From Oscillospiraceae bacterium (GTDB lineage: Bacteria > Bacillota > Clostridia > Oscillospirales > Acutalibacteraceae), in the NCBI GenBank assembly GCA_015065665.1, contig SVPX01000002.1, positions 848 through 64,847 of the forward strand: a DNA stretch of 64,000 nt, written 5' to 3'. This document shows, piece after piece, positions 9,868-19,562 of this stretch (its first letter is position 1; every line of letters starts with the position of its first letter). A program made the translations under genes and the position numbers. The notes beneath the pieces were generated by a model. The model saw only the letters and a program-made list of their open reading frames with translations. It was not told the origin of the DNA and did not search any database.

Positions 9868-9981
9868 TGTTTCCGCCTCTTTTCTTATAGTATTATATCC
9901 CTCATTACACTTAAAATCAATGGATTGAATTTATATTTTGTGACACAATAAGAATAGATGAAAGTGAGGTTTTATGTTTTT

Positions 9982-10956
9982 ATGTGTACGGCAATAACTT
10001 TTGAGGCAGAAGATTTTTATTTTGGCAGGACTCTGGACTACGATTTCTTGTATCCCTCACAGGTGGTGGTGTCCCCAAGAAACTTTGATTTCGGCTTTGG
10101 GAATCATTTGTGTAGAAAGGAGCATTATGCCCTGACAGGTATGGCTTATGTGCATAAGGGATATCCTCTTTATTATGATGCTGTGAACGAATGCGGACTT
10201 TGTATGGCGGGGCTTAATTTCACAGGTAATGCGGTGTATGGGAAAGAATGGGCGGGAAAAGAAAATGTAGCATCCTATGAGTTGATACCCTATGTGCTGT
10301 CTTTGTGTAAGTCGGTAAAAGAGGCGAGAGTTTTGCTTCAGAGAATAAATATTACAGACAGGGCTTTTTCTGAGGATTTGCCTGTGTCACAACTTCATTT
10401 TATTGTAGCAGATAAGTGTGAGTCCATAGTTGTAGAGAGCGTAAAAACAGGAGTTGAAATATATGATAACCCTGTGGGGGTGCTAAGTAACAATCCGACT
10501 TTTCCCTACCATATGATGAACCTTGCAAATTATATGAATATTTCTCCTCGCCCTGCAGAGAATCGGTTTTCTGATAAGGTGAATCTTTGTCAGTACAGCA
10601 GGGGAATGGGTTCCATAGGTCTGCCCGGGGATTATTCCTCTCAGTCCCGTTTTGTGCGGGCTGCTTTTGTCAAACTGAATTCAGTTGTTCCAAAAGGGGA
10701 AATAGCTTGTGTGAATCAGTTTTTTCATATTATGGATACTGTGTTTCAGACCGGGGGTGTCTGCGTACTTGAAGAGGGCAGATATGAGAAAACTCTGTAT
10801 ACCTGCTGTATAAATGCTCAGAGGGGCATATATTACTATACAACCTATGATAACAGGCAGATAAGTGGGGTGGATATGCACAGAGAAGACCTTGATTGTG
10901 ACAGGCTTAAGTGCTATCGCCTCAGAACTTCTCAGCAGATTGAATGTTTAAACTGA
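9982..10956 (+). CDS. Choloylglycine hydrolase family (bile salt hydrolase / penicillin V acylase)
   Basis: N-terminal nucleophile M-CTAI; FGRTLD, DAVNECGL, NPVGVLSNNP, GLPGDYSSQSRFVR. Confidence 0.92.
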   Translation: MCTAITFEAEDFYFGRTLDYDFLYPSQVVVSPRNFDFGFGNHLCRKEHYALTGMAYVHKGYPLYYDAVNECGLCMAGLNFTGNAVYGKEWAGKENVASYELIPYVLSLCKSVKEARVLLQRINITDRAFSEDLPVSQLHFIVADKCESIVVESVKTGVEIYDNPVGVLSNNPTFPYHMMNLANYMNISPRPAENRFSDKVNLCQYSRGMGSIGLPGDYSSQSRFVRAAFVKLNSVVPKGEIACVNQFFHIMDTVFQTGGVCVLEEGRYEKTLYTCCINAQRGIYYYTTYDNRQISGVDMHREDLDCDRLKCYRLRTSQQIECLN

Positions 10957-10961
10957 CAGCA

Positions 10962-11004
10962 TAAAACAAGAACAGGCCCCTCGGATGAGGAGCCTGTTCC
11001 TGTT
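10962..11004 (-). terminator. Terminator of the minus-strand exonuclease transcript
   Basis: Minus strand AACAGGAACAGGCTCCTC-ATCC-GAGGGGCCTGTTCTTGTT then TT; the two mismatches are G-U pairs only on the minus strand. Confidence 0.75.
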
Positions 11005-11067
11005 ACAAAAGAAAGGAGTAAAAAAATGAAAAAAACAACAACACAAAAGTGAGGAGAAAGCTGAATG

Positions 11068-11721
11068 TTATGCACAGTAGAAGTTTTTCAGCAACTGTGC
11101 AAAGGGTGTGCACATGGTGGTTGTGGTGTCGCTGTCACTGCTTACATAGTATGGGCTGAGCTGAAGGTTCTCTCCCTCTCGCTCCATTTTTGCAAACAGC
11201 AGAGCGGTGTTCCTTGCATCCACCAATGCATCGTGTGCCCCGTCCTGCAGGTCGATATCTGCAATAATGAGTGCTTCACTCAGACGGTACACCTTAGGGG
11301 CATCCATAAGCCTGCTGAATGTGTCCTGACAGTCTGTCCAACTGTCCAGATACTTCTGAAGCTCAGGAATTTCAATGCCTTTGTGCTCAGTTTCCTTGCG
11401 GATCTGATTCTCATCACTGCGGCTCCAGGATACGATGGTTGCATCTTCGGGAAGCCATACAAGGAATAACTCCAGAGCATCCTGTATATCAGGCGCACCC
11501 ACAAGGTCCTCCTGAGAGATGCCTGTCAGGTTGTGGATGAATTTGTCGATGACTCCGAACCTGGGGGCAACAAAGGTAACGAAAGTGTCAATGATTCTGT
11601 AGGATTCGTCAAGCAGTACTGCGCCAATCTGAATAAGTTCGTTGCGATAGGGGCAGGTGCTTTTTTTGATTTGCTTGGGAACTGAACACATTTCCAGATC
11701 CACAACGGCGTATGTACTCAT
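11068..11721 (-). CDS. DEDDh 3'-5' exonuclease (KapD/ERI1-like)
   Basis: ExoI VVDLEM, ELIQIGAV, LTGISQ, W..SD, ExoIII AHDALVDARNT. Confidence 0.88.
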   Translation of the reverse strand: MSTYAVVDLEMCSVPKQIKKSTCPYRNELIQIGAVLLDESYRIIDTFVTFVAPRFGVIDKFIHNLTGISQEDLVGAPDIQDALELFLVWLPEDATIVSWSRSDENQIRKETEHKGIEIPELQKYLDSWTDCQDTFSRLMDAPKVYRLSEALIIADIDLQDGAHDALVDARNTALLFAKMEREGENLQLSPYYVSSDSDTTTTMCTPFAQLLKNFYCA

Positions 11722-11913
11722 ATAAAACTCTCTTTCATACAAACAATGAATAAGGTGTAGTTTTCTGTTGTGATTATATTTTATCATAATCTGCAGAATA
11801 ATACAGAGAATTGCTTACAAGTTATAGTCTTTTAATTTGGATTTTTTGCAAAATAAAAATGGTTTCTGAAAAAAACAAGGCACATTCCCTGCGGATTGTG
11901 CCTTTGCTTATTA

Positions 11914-12429
11914 TCAATTGCTCTGATTTCTCAGTTTGTTGTATTCTTTTGTGTTGATGTTTCCCTGTGCAATCATCTGCTGACACCATAGCCTGAGAGC
12001 CTCAGAGGTTGCAGAGATTTCTTCAAGGTCCTTCTGAATCTGTACGAATTTTACCAGTTCGTCTGACTCGATTTTTCCATCGGCAGTAATGCTGATAAGG
12101 GTTTCTTTTTCGTCATTCACACTTGCAAGGGAGGAGAGGAGCCTCAGCACAATTGCAGGTAAATTCTCTTTTTCGATACAGGGTACATATTCCTGCCCGA
12201 TAACACACTCGCAGGAGCAGAAGTAGTTGCACAGATGAGGTGCCTTGTAACCCCTTGCCATCAGCAGGACATCCGCTGCCTCGGGCAGAGTTTTCTCTGT
12301 TTCAATACGACCGATTTTGTCTGCACTGAGACCGCCTATAATATCACTTGCTTCTTCTCTTGTAAGAGACAGGTTCTCTCTTGTAATCTGATAGATATTC
12401 TTGTTTTCTCTGACAGAAGCCTTGCCCAT
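11914..12429 (-). CDS. XRE-family HTH transcriptional regulator
   Basis: N-terminal HTH (RENLSLTREEAS..IGRIETEKTLP); LCNYFCSCECVIG motif. Confidence 0.75.
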   Translation of the reverse strand: MGKASVRENKNIYQITRENLSLTREEASDIIGGLSADKIGRIETEKTLPEAADVLLMARGYKAPHLCNYFCSCECVIGQEYVPCIEKENLPAIVLRLLSSLASVNDEKETLISITADGKIESDELVKFVQIQKDLEEISATSEALRLWCQQMIAQGNINTKEYNKLRNQSN

Positions 12430-12579
12430 ATAATAACCCCCTGACTGATATTATATACAGTATATCATAAGTCACAGAAAATAGTAAATAACAGACAGAA
12501 AATTTCCTTAATATGTGAGATTGTTTTTATAGGGACTTATAGTGTATAATGTAAAAAGAACAGTTTGCGAGGTTTGTGA

Positions 12580-13908
12580 ATGAAAAAAATGAAACTATTT
12601 AACCTTGCCTGGCCTATATTTGTAGAGACTCTGCTGTTTATGCTTCTGGGATTTGTGGATGTTTTTGTCCTCAGCCGATATGATGACTTGGCAGCGTCCT
12701 CTGTAAATACGGCTAATCAGGCGGTTTCAATTGCCACAATTGTATTTACTGTTATTTCTACTGCAAGTGCGGTTATGATATCCCAGTATCTGGGAGCAGG
12801 GAAAAAGGAGAACGCATCACGAATCGGTGCTTTGTCCATAACTTTCCATCTGATTTTTGGTGTGCTTATCAGCGCAGTTTTCCTGTTTTTTAATCGTCCG
12901 ATAATCTCTTTTATCGGAGCCGAGGGTAATCTCCTGGATTTTTCCTCCGATTATCTCTCTATAGTAGGCGGATTTATCTTCTTGCAGGCTTTGCTCAGCT
13001 CCATGTCGGTTATTATCAGAAACCATGGTATGACAAAGGTATCCATGTATGTTACTGTGGGTATGAATATAATGAATACTGCCCTTGACGTGGTGCTTGT
13101 ACTGGGGCTTTTCGGTTTCCCCAGAATGGGTGTGAAAGGGGTGGCAATTGCCACAACCCTCAGCAGATTCTTCGGTGTCTGCGTACTGGGCTTTGTACTT
13201 TTTACAAGGGTTGAAAAACTCTCCATATTCAGGTTGCTGAAGCCTTTTCCCACAGGGGATGTAAAGAATATGCTTAAAATCGGCGTACCCTCTGCATTAG
13301 AAACTTTCCTCTACAACATCTCTCAGGTTGTTATCACTTCCATAGTGCTTAACTGCCTGACAGAGACGGAACTTATCACAAGGACCTATGTGCAGAATAT
13401 CAGTATGTTTTTCTACATATTTGCGGTGTCTATCGGACAGGCATCCCAGATTCTTGTGGGACATCTGATAGGTGCAAAGAGATACGAGGATGTAGACAAG
13501 CAGGCTAAGAAATCCCACAGAATTGCAATTGCAATAACCCTTGCCGCATGTCTGGCAGGTGTGGCTTTCCGTGGTAGCCTCTTGACTGTATTTACGGATG
13601 ACAAGGCAGTAGTTGCCCTTGGTGCCAACATTATTCTCATCAATGTGGTGCTTGAGATGGGCCGTACTACAAATCTGGTTGTTATTGCCTGTCTGCGTGG
13701 TACGGGTGATGTGCTGTATCCCACATTGTGTGCAATTTTCTCTATGATTTTTATCAGCACACTTGGCTCGTATATCTTTGCGGTGGTATTGGATATGGGC
13801 ATTTATGGCTTGTGGGTTGCCAATGCTCTGGACGAGTGTTTCTGGGGTGTGCTTATGATTATCCGATGGAGAAACGGCAAATGGCGGACTAAAAGTATTA
13901 CAGAATAA
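12580..13908 (+). CDS. MATE family efflux transporter
   Basis: Polytopic membrane protein; LAWPIFVE..VDVFVLS, FPRMGVKGVAIAT, LKIGVPSALE, LRGTGD. Confidence 0.93.
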   Translation: MKKMKLFNLAWPIFVETLLFMLLGFVDVFVLSRYDDLAASSVNTANQAVSIATIVFTVISTASAVMISQYLGAGKKENASRIGALSITFHLIFGVLISAVFLFFNRPIISFIGAEGNLLDFSSDYLSIVGGFIFLQALLSSMSVIIRNHGMTKVSMYVTVGMNIMNTALDVVLVLGLFGFPRMGVKGVAIATTLSRFFGVCVLGFVLFTRVEKLSIFRLLKPFPTGDVKNMLKIGVPSALETFLYNISQVVITSIVLNCLTETELITRTYVQNISMFFYIFAVSIGQASQILVGHLIGAKRYEDVDKQAKKSHRIAIAITLAACLAGVAFRGSLLTVFTDDKAVVALGANIILINVVLEMGRTTNLVVIACLRGTGDVLYPTLCAIFSMIFISTLGSYIFAVVLDMGIYGLWVANALDECFWGVLMIIRWRNGKWRTKSITE

Positions 13909-13913
13909 TTTAC

Positions 13914-13952
13914 AAAGGACTTCTATGTAATGATAGAGGTTCTTTTTTTTTT
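13914..13952 (+). terminator. Terminator after MATE gene
   Basis: AAGGACTTCTAT/ATAGAGGTTCTT hairpin plus long T run. Confidence 0.7.
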
Positions 13953-14072
13953 ATTAAAAACGCAAAAAACAGACAGAATATTCAGATTTTTTTCAAAATT
14001 CACTTTATTCTATACGTTTAATATGATATAATAACTCTGTATAGTACCTGATATGTTAAAAGGAAGATAGTA

Positions 14073-15290
14073 ATGGCAGAGACTTTATTTCTTCAGATTC
14101 TTAAAACTGCACTGCGGGGAGAAAAACTTCCCTGTGATTCTGAGATAAGCTCTGATGATATGGATTATATTGTCAGACTTTCAGAACTGCACAGAGTACT
14201 GCCTCTTGTGTTTGACTGTGTATATCCTGTGTGCCCTTATGAGGAGAGCCGGCAGGCTGAGTTGAGACGCCGCACAAAGCTTCTTGTGATGCAACAGACA
14301 GTAAGGACAGAGGCTTTTCTGAATCTGTACAGGGAATTGCAGAAAAAAGGCCTTGAGCCTGTTGTGGTAAAGGGTATTGTCTGCCGAAGTATTTATCCGA
14401 ATCCTGATTTCCGTTTTTCTGCAGACGAGGATATGCTGATACTCTCTGAAGAAAGCGCGGTTTATGATGAAGCACTCAGAAGCCTTTTGTTAAGACCGCA
14501 ACAAAAACGAAGTGAGAGTTACTACGAAACATCCTACTTCAGCGATGACGGTCTTCATATTGAGGTGCATACCTCTCTGTTTTCTACAGAAATTTCCTAT
14601 TTTGATGAGTTTAACAGCATATTTGAAAATCTGCAGGGTAAAACAGATTATATTCATATTGAGGATGTAAAAATCCGCACTCTTACTCCCACATATCATC
14701 TTTTGTTTCTTATCCTCCATGCTCTCAAACATTTCGTGCATAGCGGTGTGGGTATCCGTCAGATTTGTGATATGATAATGACAGCACAGCACTACGGAAA
14801 AGAAATTGATTGGGATGTTCTTGTTAAGGAACTTGAAAAAATCGGTGCAGAGGGATTTGCTGCAGGAGTTTTTACAATCGGTGAAAAGTATTTGGGTTTT
14901 GATATGAATAGTTGCGGATATCCAGAAAAACTTAAGGAGCTGGATATAGACGAAAAAGTTCTGCTCAGAGATATCTTGTGTGCAGGTGTTTACGGCGGTG
15001 CAACTATGTCCCGCAGACACAGCGGTGGTGTAACTCTTTCAGCTGTAGAGGGAGAAAAGAGCGGACTTGCTCACAGGTTGTTTCCGAAGCGTGAGAATCT
15101 TGACTCCCGCTATGATTACGCTAAAAAGAATCCCTTGTTATTGCCTGCTGCATGGATACACAGGATAATTAATTATTTGGGAGAGGTTGATGCCAAAGAG
15201 GGCAACACTCCCTCTGAGGCAATCAGAACAGGTAAGTCAAGAATTTCTCTTCTTAAGGAGTTGGGAATTCTGCCTGAAAATAAATCTTGA
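14073..15290 (+). CDS. Uncharacterised nucleotidyltransferase family protein (type found in PqqD/lasso-associated loci)
   Basis: VVVKGIVC..YPNPDFRFSADEDML (KG..R.S.D.D), IEVHTSLF, HALKHFVHSGVGIRQICD. Confidence 0.85.
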   Translation: MAETLFLQILKTALRGEKLPCDSEISSDDMDYIVRLSELHRVLPLVFDCVYPVCPYEESRQAELRRRTKLLVMQQTVRTEAFLNLYRELQKKGLEPVVVKGIVCRSIYPNPDFRFSADEDMLILSEESAVYDEALRSLLLRPQQKRSESYYETSYFSDDGLHIEVHTSLFSTEISYFDEFNSIFENLQGKTDYIHIEDVKIRTLTPTYHLLFLILHALKHFVHSGVGIRQICDMIMTAQHYGKEIDWDVLVKELEKIGAEGFAAGVFTIGEKYLGFDMNSCGYPEKLKELDIDEKVLLRDILCAGVYGGATMSRRHSGGVTLSAVEGEKSGLAHRLFPKRENLDSRYDYAKKNPLLLPAAWIHRIINYLGEVDAKEGNTPSEAIRTGKSRISLLKELGILPENKS

Positions 15291-15325
15291 AATAACATCT
15301 TATTTTTTGTGAAAGAGGTGTATGT

Positions 15326-16123
15326 ATGAAAAGACGAACCGTATATTGTCTGATACTACTTGCAATTTCGCTTGTTTGTTTTTTCGGATATAAACAGTAT
15401 GAGAAGTTAACGGAGGACAGAACCCCTCCTGTGCTTTCCTGTGAATCTGATACATTAGAAGTAAGTGTCTCTGTTACAGAGGAGGAGCTTCTTGCAGGAG
15501 TAACGGCTTTGGATGATGTTTCGGGTGACGTTACAGACTCTGTTGTTATTGAGGATATCTCAGATTTTATCAAGGAGAACACAAGAATAATTACCTATGT
15601 GGCCTCTGATGATAACAGAAACGTTGGCAGGATTCAGAGAACTCTCATCTATACCGATTACAAGGAGCCGGTTTTCAGTTTGACTGGTCCCTTAAGCTAT
15701 GTGGTTGGTACAAGAGTAAATATTCTTGGCAACATCCGTGCAGCCAGTACTCTTGATGGAGATATGACCACAAAAATCCGTTATGGTCTTGATGGTGTTA
15801 TTGATAACCTTGTTCCCGGCAAATATCCCGTTGAATATCGAGTAACCGACAGTTGTGGAAAAACCACATACTTCAATACGGAAATCGAGATTTTTGACAG
15901 TGCTTATTCGGGAATCAAGGTAGAACTGAAAAAATATCTTGTTTATGTAGATAAGGGTAAAAAGTTCAATCCCGACTCATATTTCAAGGGGTCAAATATT
16001 GAAGGTGAACTTTCTGTGGTTTCCAATGTGAATACCAAGGCAGAAGGAGTTTACCATGTGGATTATTATGTAAGCGGTGTTAACGCAAGTGGTAAAAGCC
16101 GCCTTGTAGTAATAGTCAAGTAA
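15326..16123 (+). CDS. Membrane-anchored protein with bacterial Ig-like (DUF5011-like) repeats
   Basis: N-terminal TM; DRTPPVL, GVTALDDVSGDVT, PGKYPVEYRVTDSCG, SNVNTKAEGVYHVDY. Confidence 0.7.
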   Translation: MKRRTVYCLILLAISLVCFFGYKQYEKLTEDRTPPVLSCESDTLEVSVSVTEEELLAGVTALDDVSGDVTDSVVIEDISDFIKENTRIITYVASDDNRNVGRIQRTLIYTDYKEPVFSLTGPLSYVVGTRVNILGNIRAASTLDGDMTTKIRYGLDGVIDNLVPGKYPVEYRVTDSCGKTTYFNTEIEIFDSAYSGIKVELKKYLVYVDKGKKFNPDSYFKGSNIEGELSVVSNVNTKAEGVYHVDYYVSGVNASGKSRLVVIVK

Positions 16124-16143
16124 TTGTTTCAGGAAGTGTTTTT

Positions 16144-17733
16144 ATGGAAACCCGCAATAACAAATCGCGTCATTTTGATACGATATACATTATTCTGAGA
16201 GTTGTTCTGAGAAACTGGCTTGCAATACTGTGTATTGCTTTGTCAGCCTCATTGTTTGCATATATTGTTGTGGATTATTGCTATGTGCCTAAGTATGTAT
16301 CCCGTTGCACAATGGTTGTTTCTGCAAAGTCCAACAGTACAGGTGTATATGCTGATGCATCTGAGACAGAAAAACTCACGGATACCATTACTGCAGTAAT
16401 GGAGAGTACCGTACTTAAAAAGCGAATAGCAGAAACTCTGGATATTCCTTATTTTACAGGCGGTTTGCGTACATATGTTTTAGAGGGTACAAATCTGCTG
16501 GAGGTAAGAGCCACAAGTTATCATCCCAAACTTTCCTTTTTGGCACTCCAGACTCTCATTGATATTTATCCCGAGATTACAAAGGATATTCTGGGAGAGA
16601 TTGTAATTGATGTTTTTGAGGAGCCTAATTTCCCTTCTGTTCCTGTGAACCAGTTTCAGTATAAGCACATTACTAATATGGTGTTTATCCTTTCTGTTCT
16701 TCTTGTGGTTCTTATAATCGGAGTTCATGCCTTCCTTCTTGAAACTGTAAAGAATGAGTGGGATGCATCAGATAATCTGGATGCAAAGGCTCTGGGTGTT
16801 GTATATCACGAGTCTCCCTACAGAAACCTCAGGGCAAGACTCAGGCGTAATAAAAAGAGGCTTCTGGCAGGTACTCCGTCAGTCAGCTTCGGATTCAGCG
16901 AAACAATCAAGAAAATCCGTACAAACATCGGATATTTTCAGGAAAAAAACGGCGGCAAAGCAATGCTTGTAACTGCTTATGACAAGGGTGAGGGTAAAAC
17001 CCTTGTTGCAGCAAACCTTGCTTCTGTATTTACTCAGAAGAAACAGAAAGTTCTTGTGATTCCCGGCGATAAGGATACAACATCTTTGCTTGAACTGCTT
17101 AATATCCAGTTGCCCGCTGATTTTCTCTCGGCTCCCAAAGCTCATATGAGAGACAGGGTTTTCACAAAGGAAGACAGCCTTATCAGTGTGTTTGCTGATA
17201 CAGATACAGGGGCAGGATATATCGGTTACTCCGATATGATTGCATCTCCTGAGTTTGCAGAGTTCTTTAATAAAGCAAAAGAAGAGTATGATGTTATTGT
17301 TGTAGATGGTGCTTGTGTTAATAACAACGCATCAACTGAGGTTTTTGCTCAGTTGTGTGATTTCTCTGTGCTGGTAGTAAAGCAGAATTACACAAAGGTG
17401 CCATATATCAACGACACAATTGATATGCTTAACAGATATAACAAAGGTCTGGCAGGTTATGTGTTTAATGACGTTTACTCATCTGCAACAGTTATCAATG
17501 TAGGTTACGGCTATGGCTATGGCGGATACAGTTATGGCAGTTACGGCAAGTATGTAGGCTATGGCAGTAAGTACGGCAGATACGGCAAGTACCGCAGATA
17601 CGGCGGTTACGGCGGATATCTGGGTTATGGCGGCTACGGCGGTTATGGTGCATATACATCAGAAAAACGCCCGGAAGAGTCATCCGGCAGAAGAAAAAAG
17701 CACGAAGCAAAGAGGTATAAGAATGAGCACTAA
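16144..17733 (+). CDS. Wzz/CpsC-CpsD fusion (Wzc-like BY-kinase) with degenerate catalytic motifs and a long Tyr/Gly tail
   Basis: Two TM helices flanking an extracellular loop; FSETIKKIRTNI, Walker A DKGEGKT; Walker A'/B read VIPGDKD and VVDGAC; 18 Tyr in the tail. Confidence 0.8.
   Translation: METRNNKSRHFDTIYIILRVVLRNWLAILCIALSASLFAYIVVDYCYVPKYVSRCTMVVSAKSNSTGVYADASETEKLTDTITAVMESTVLKKRIAETLDIPYFTGGLRTYVLEGTNLLEVRATSYHPKLSFLALQTLIDIYPEITKDILGEIVIDVFEEPNFPSVPVNQFQYKHITNMVFILSVLLVVLIIGVHAFLLETVKNEWDASDNLDAKALGVVYHESPYRNLRARLRRNKKRLLAGTPSVSFGFSETIKKIRTNIGYFQEKNGGKAMLVTAYDKGEGKTLVAANLASVFTQKKQKVLVIPGDKDTTSLLELLNIQLPADFLSAPKAHMRDRVFTKEDSLISVFADTDTGAGYIGYSDMIASPEFAEFFNKAKEEYDVIVVDGACVNNNASTEVFAQLCDFSVLVVKQNYTKVPYINDTIDMLNRYNKGLAGYVFNDVYSSATVINVGYGYGYGGYSYGSYGKYVGYGSKYGRYGKYRRYGGYGGYLGYGGYGGYGAYTSEKRPEESSGRRKKHEAKRYKNEH
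17503..17655 (+). repeat. Low-complexity GY/GGY repeat (BY-kinase tyrosine cluster)
   Basis: GYGYGYGGYSYGSYGKYVGYGSKYGRYGKYRRYGGYGGYLGYGGYGGYGAY. Confidence 0.9.
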
Positions 17734-19090
17734 GGGTAAAGAAAGAGCTGAAAATTTTGATACTCTGGACCAGTTGGTCGTTATACTGGATTTTCTGCGT
17801 GTAATACCCAGAATGTTCGTGTGGATACTTATTCTGGTTATTGGATTCGGCAGTTTCTTTGCTGTAAGGGCGTATACCAACTATACCCCTGTATACACAG
17901 CAGAAGCCACCTTTACAATCAATATTACAAGAGAACAGAGCATTGCCGGTTCCAACGCATATTATGACAATGCGGCTGCACATCACCTTGCAATGATTTT
18001 TCCCAGGATTCTTACTGGTGACCTGCTTCTGGTACTGGTACAAGAGGATTTGGGAGAGCCTGTGACAGGTAATATCAGAGCCATTGGTACGGAAAATACC
18101 AATCTGCTTACTTTGTCTGTTACTGACAAAGATCCACAGAAAGCCTATGATACACTCAACAGCGTAATTAAGAATTATCCTGTGGTTTCTGAGCGTATAG
18201 TCGGAAAGGTTCATATGAATATTCTTGACGAATCTGGTGTGCCCACAAAGCCTGATAACAAAAAAGCCTTTACCAAGGATTTTATGAAGGGTGCAGGCAT
18301 AGGTCTCGGTATAGGTCTTGTGTGGACTCTGCTTGTGTTCCTTATTAACAGAACCATCCAGTGTGAAGCAGATATCAAGAAAAAACTGGGTATCAATTGT
18401 CTTGGTATTGTACCCAGGATTAATCAGAAAAAGCGAACTCAGGAATATGTCCAGTATATGCTTCTGACTGATGAAAGAGCAAAGGAACTTCTTCAGGAGC
18501 CCTTCAGACTTCTCAAGAATAAGGTGGAGTACTTTGCACAGAAGCAGGGCATCAAGACTATTCTTATTACAAGTGCTACAGCAGGTGAGGGTAAGAGCCT
18601 TTTTGCGGCAAACCTTTGTCTTTCTCTGGTTTCATCCGGTAAGAAAGTCGTATTCATCGACTGTGACCTTCGACACCCCACCGGCAGGGTTGTGTTTGGT
18701 ATGAATGAGAATGTGGGACTTGGCGAATATCTGAAAGAAGAGATCAGCCTTGTGGATTATCTTGCAATTGCAAAAGAAGATAACAACCATGGTTTCCCCA
18801 ACTTCCTGTTTCTTCCCGGTGGTAAGGCTGTATCTGACGGCTCAGGCCTCCTTGCAAGTGAGAGAATGAAAGAACTGATTATGTGTATGGAGTCAAAGGC
18901 TGACTACATTATTCTGGACAGCGCTCCTACAGGACTTCTTACAGACTCTGCTGTACTTGCAAAGTACGCAGACGGTGCCGTTGTGGTTATCAGAAAAGAG
19001 GTTGCACGAGTTGACTTTATTATGGATGCCCTTGGACATCTGTCAGAAAGCGACATTCAGATTATCGGCGGCGTGCTGAACGATGTGTAA
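17723..19090 (+). CDS. Wzz/CpsC-CpsD fusion (Wzc-like BY-kinase) with intact motifs and no Tyr tail
   Basis: Two TMs; Walker A SATAGEGKS, A' FIDCDLRHP, B ILDSAP; ends GGVLNDV; ATG 17723 after AGAGG. Confidence 0.85.
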   Translation: MSTKGKERAENFDTLDQLVVILDFLRVIPRMFVWILILVIGFGSFFAVRAYTNYTPVYTAEATFTINITREQSIAGSNAYYDNAAAHHLAMIFPRILTGDLLLVLVQEDLGEPVTGNIRAIGTENTNLLTLSVTDKDPQKAYDTLNSVIKNYPVVSERIVGKVHMNILDESGVPTKPDNKKAFTKDFMKGAGIGLGIGLVWTLLVFLINRTIQCEADIKKKLGINCLGIVPRINQKKRTQEYVQYMLLTDERAKELLQEPFRLLKNKVEYFAQKQGIKTILITSATAGEGKSLFAANLCLSLVSSGKKVVFIDCDLRHPTGRVVFGMNENVGLGEYLKEEISLVDYLAIAKEDNNHGFPNFLFLPGGKAVSDGSGLLASERMKELIMCMESKADYIILDSAPTGLLTDSAVLAKYADGAVVVIRKEVARVDFIMDALGHLSESDIQIIGGVLNDV

Positions 19091-19540
19091 AGTGAGAGTT
19101 ATAGATACAGAAAGTTTCCTCTCGGTGCTTTGTGAACTTGCACAGGAGGGCAGAACAGTAAGTACTGTTGTGTCTGGCGGCAGTATGCTCCCGTTTCTGT
19201 CGGGAAACAGAGATGTGGTCTACCTTGAAAAACCGAAGAGAAAACTGAGAAAAGGCGATGTTGTGCTTTTCAGACGGACAAACGGGGATTTTGTTCTGCA
19301 CAGAATAAAGAAGATAAAAAATGAGGATTTTTACCTTATCGGAGACAGACAATATGCTGTTGAGGGACCTGTGAAGAGAGAGCAGATTTCTGCCATTATG
19401 ACAGGTGCCAAACGAAAAGGCAAAGAGATACAAGCAGAAGTCCCGTGTGGATTTTTTACAGCAAGGTGTGGATTAACCTGGTTTTTCTGCGTCCCTTTGC
19501 TTTCAGACTTGTAGGCTTTCTGCACAGAAAAAGAAAGTGA
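19083..19540 (+). CDS. S24/S26 family (signal-peptidase-like) serine peptidase, apparent 1-nt frameshift near 19430
   Basis: VSGGSMLPFL, RKGDVVLF, FVLHRI, IGDRQ; annotated frame stops at 19514, the -1 frame continues SPVWIFYSKVWINLVFLRPF..RKRK to TGA 19540. Confidence 0.75.
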
Positions 19541-19562
19541 TTTGTATTCAGGAGGTGCCTTT

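Noticed and set aside
17561-17722. ORF-track N-terminal extension MAVSTADTASTADTAV.. of the second Wzc-like gene
   Set aside because: It is the alternative reading of the GY-repeat tail of the upstream gene; ATG 17723 has an RBS.
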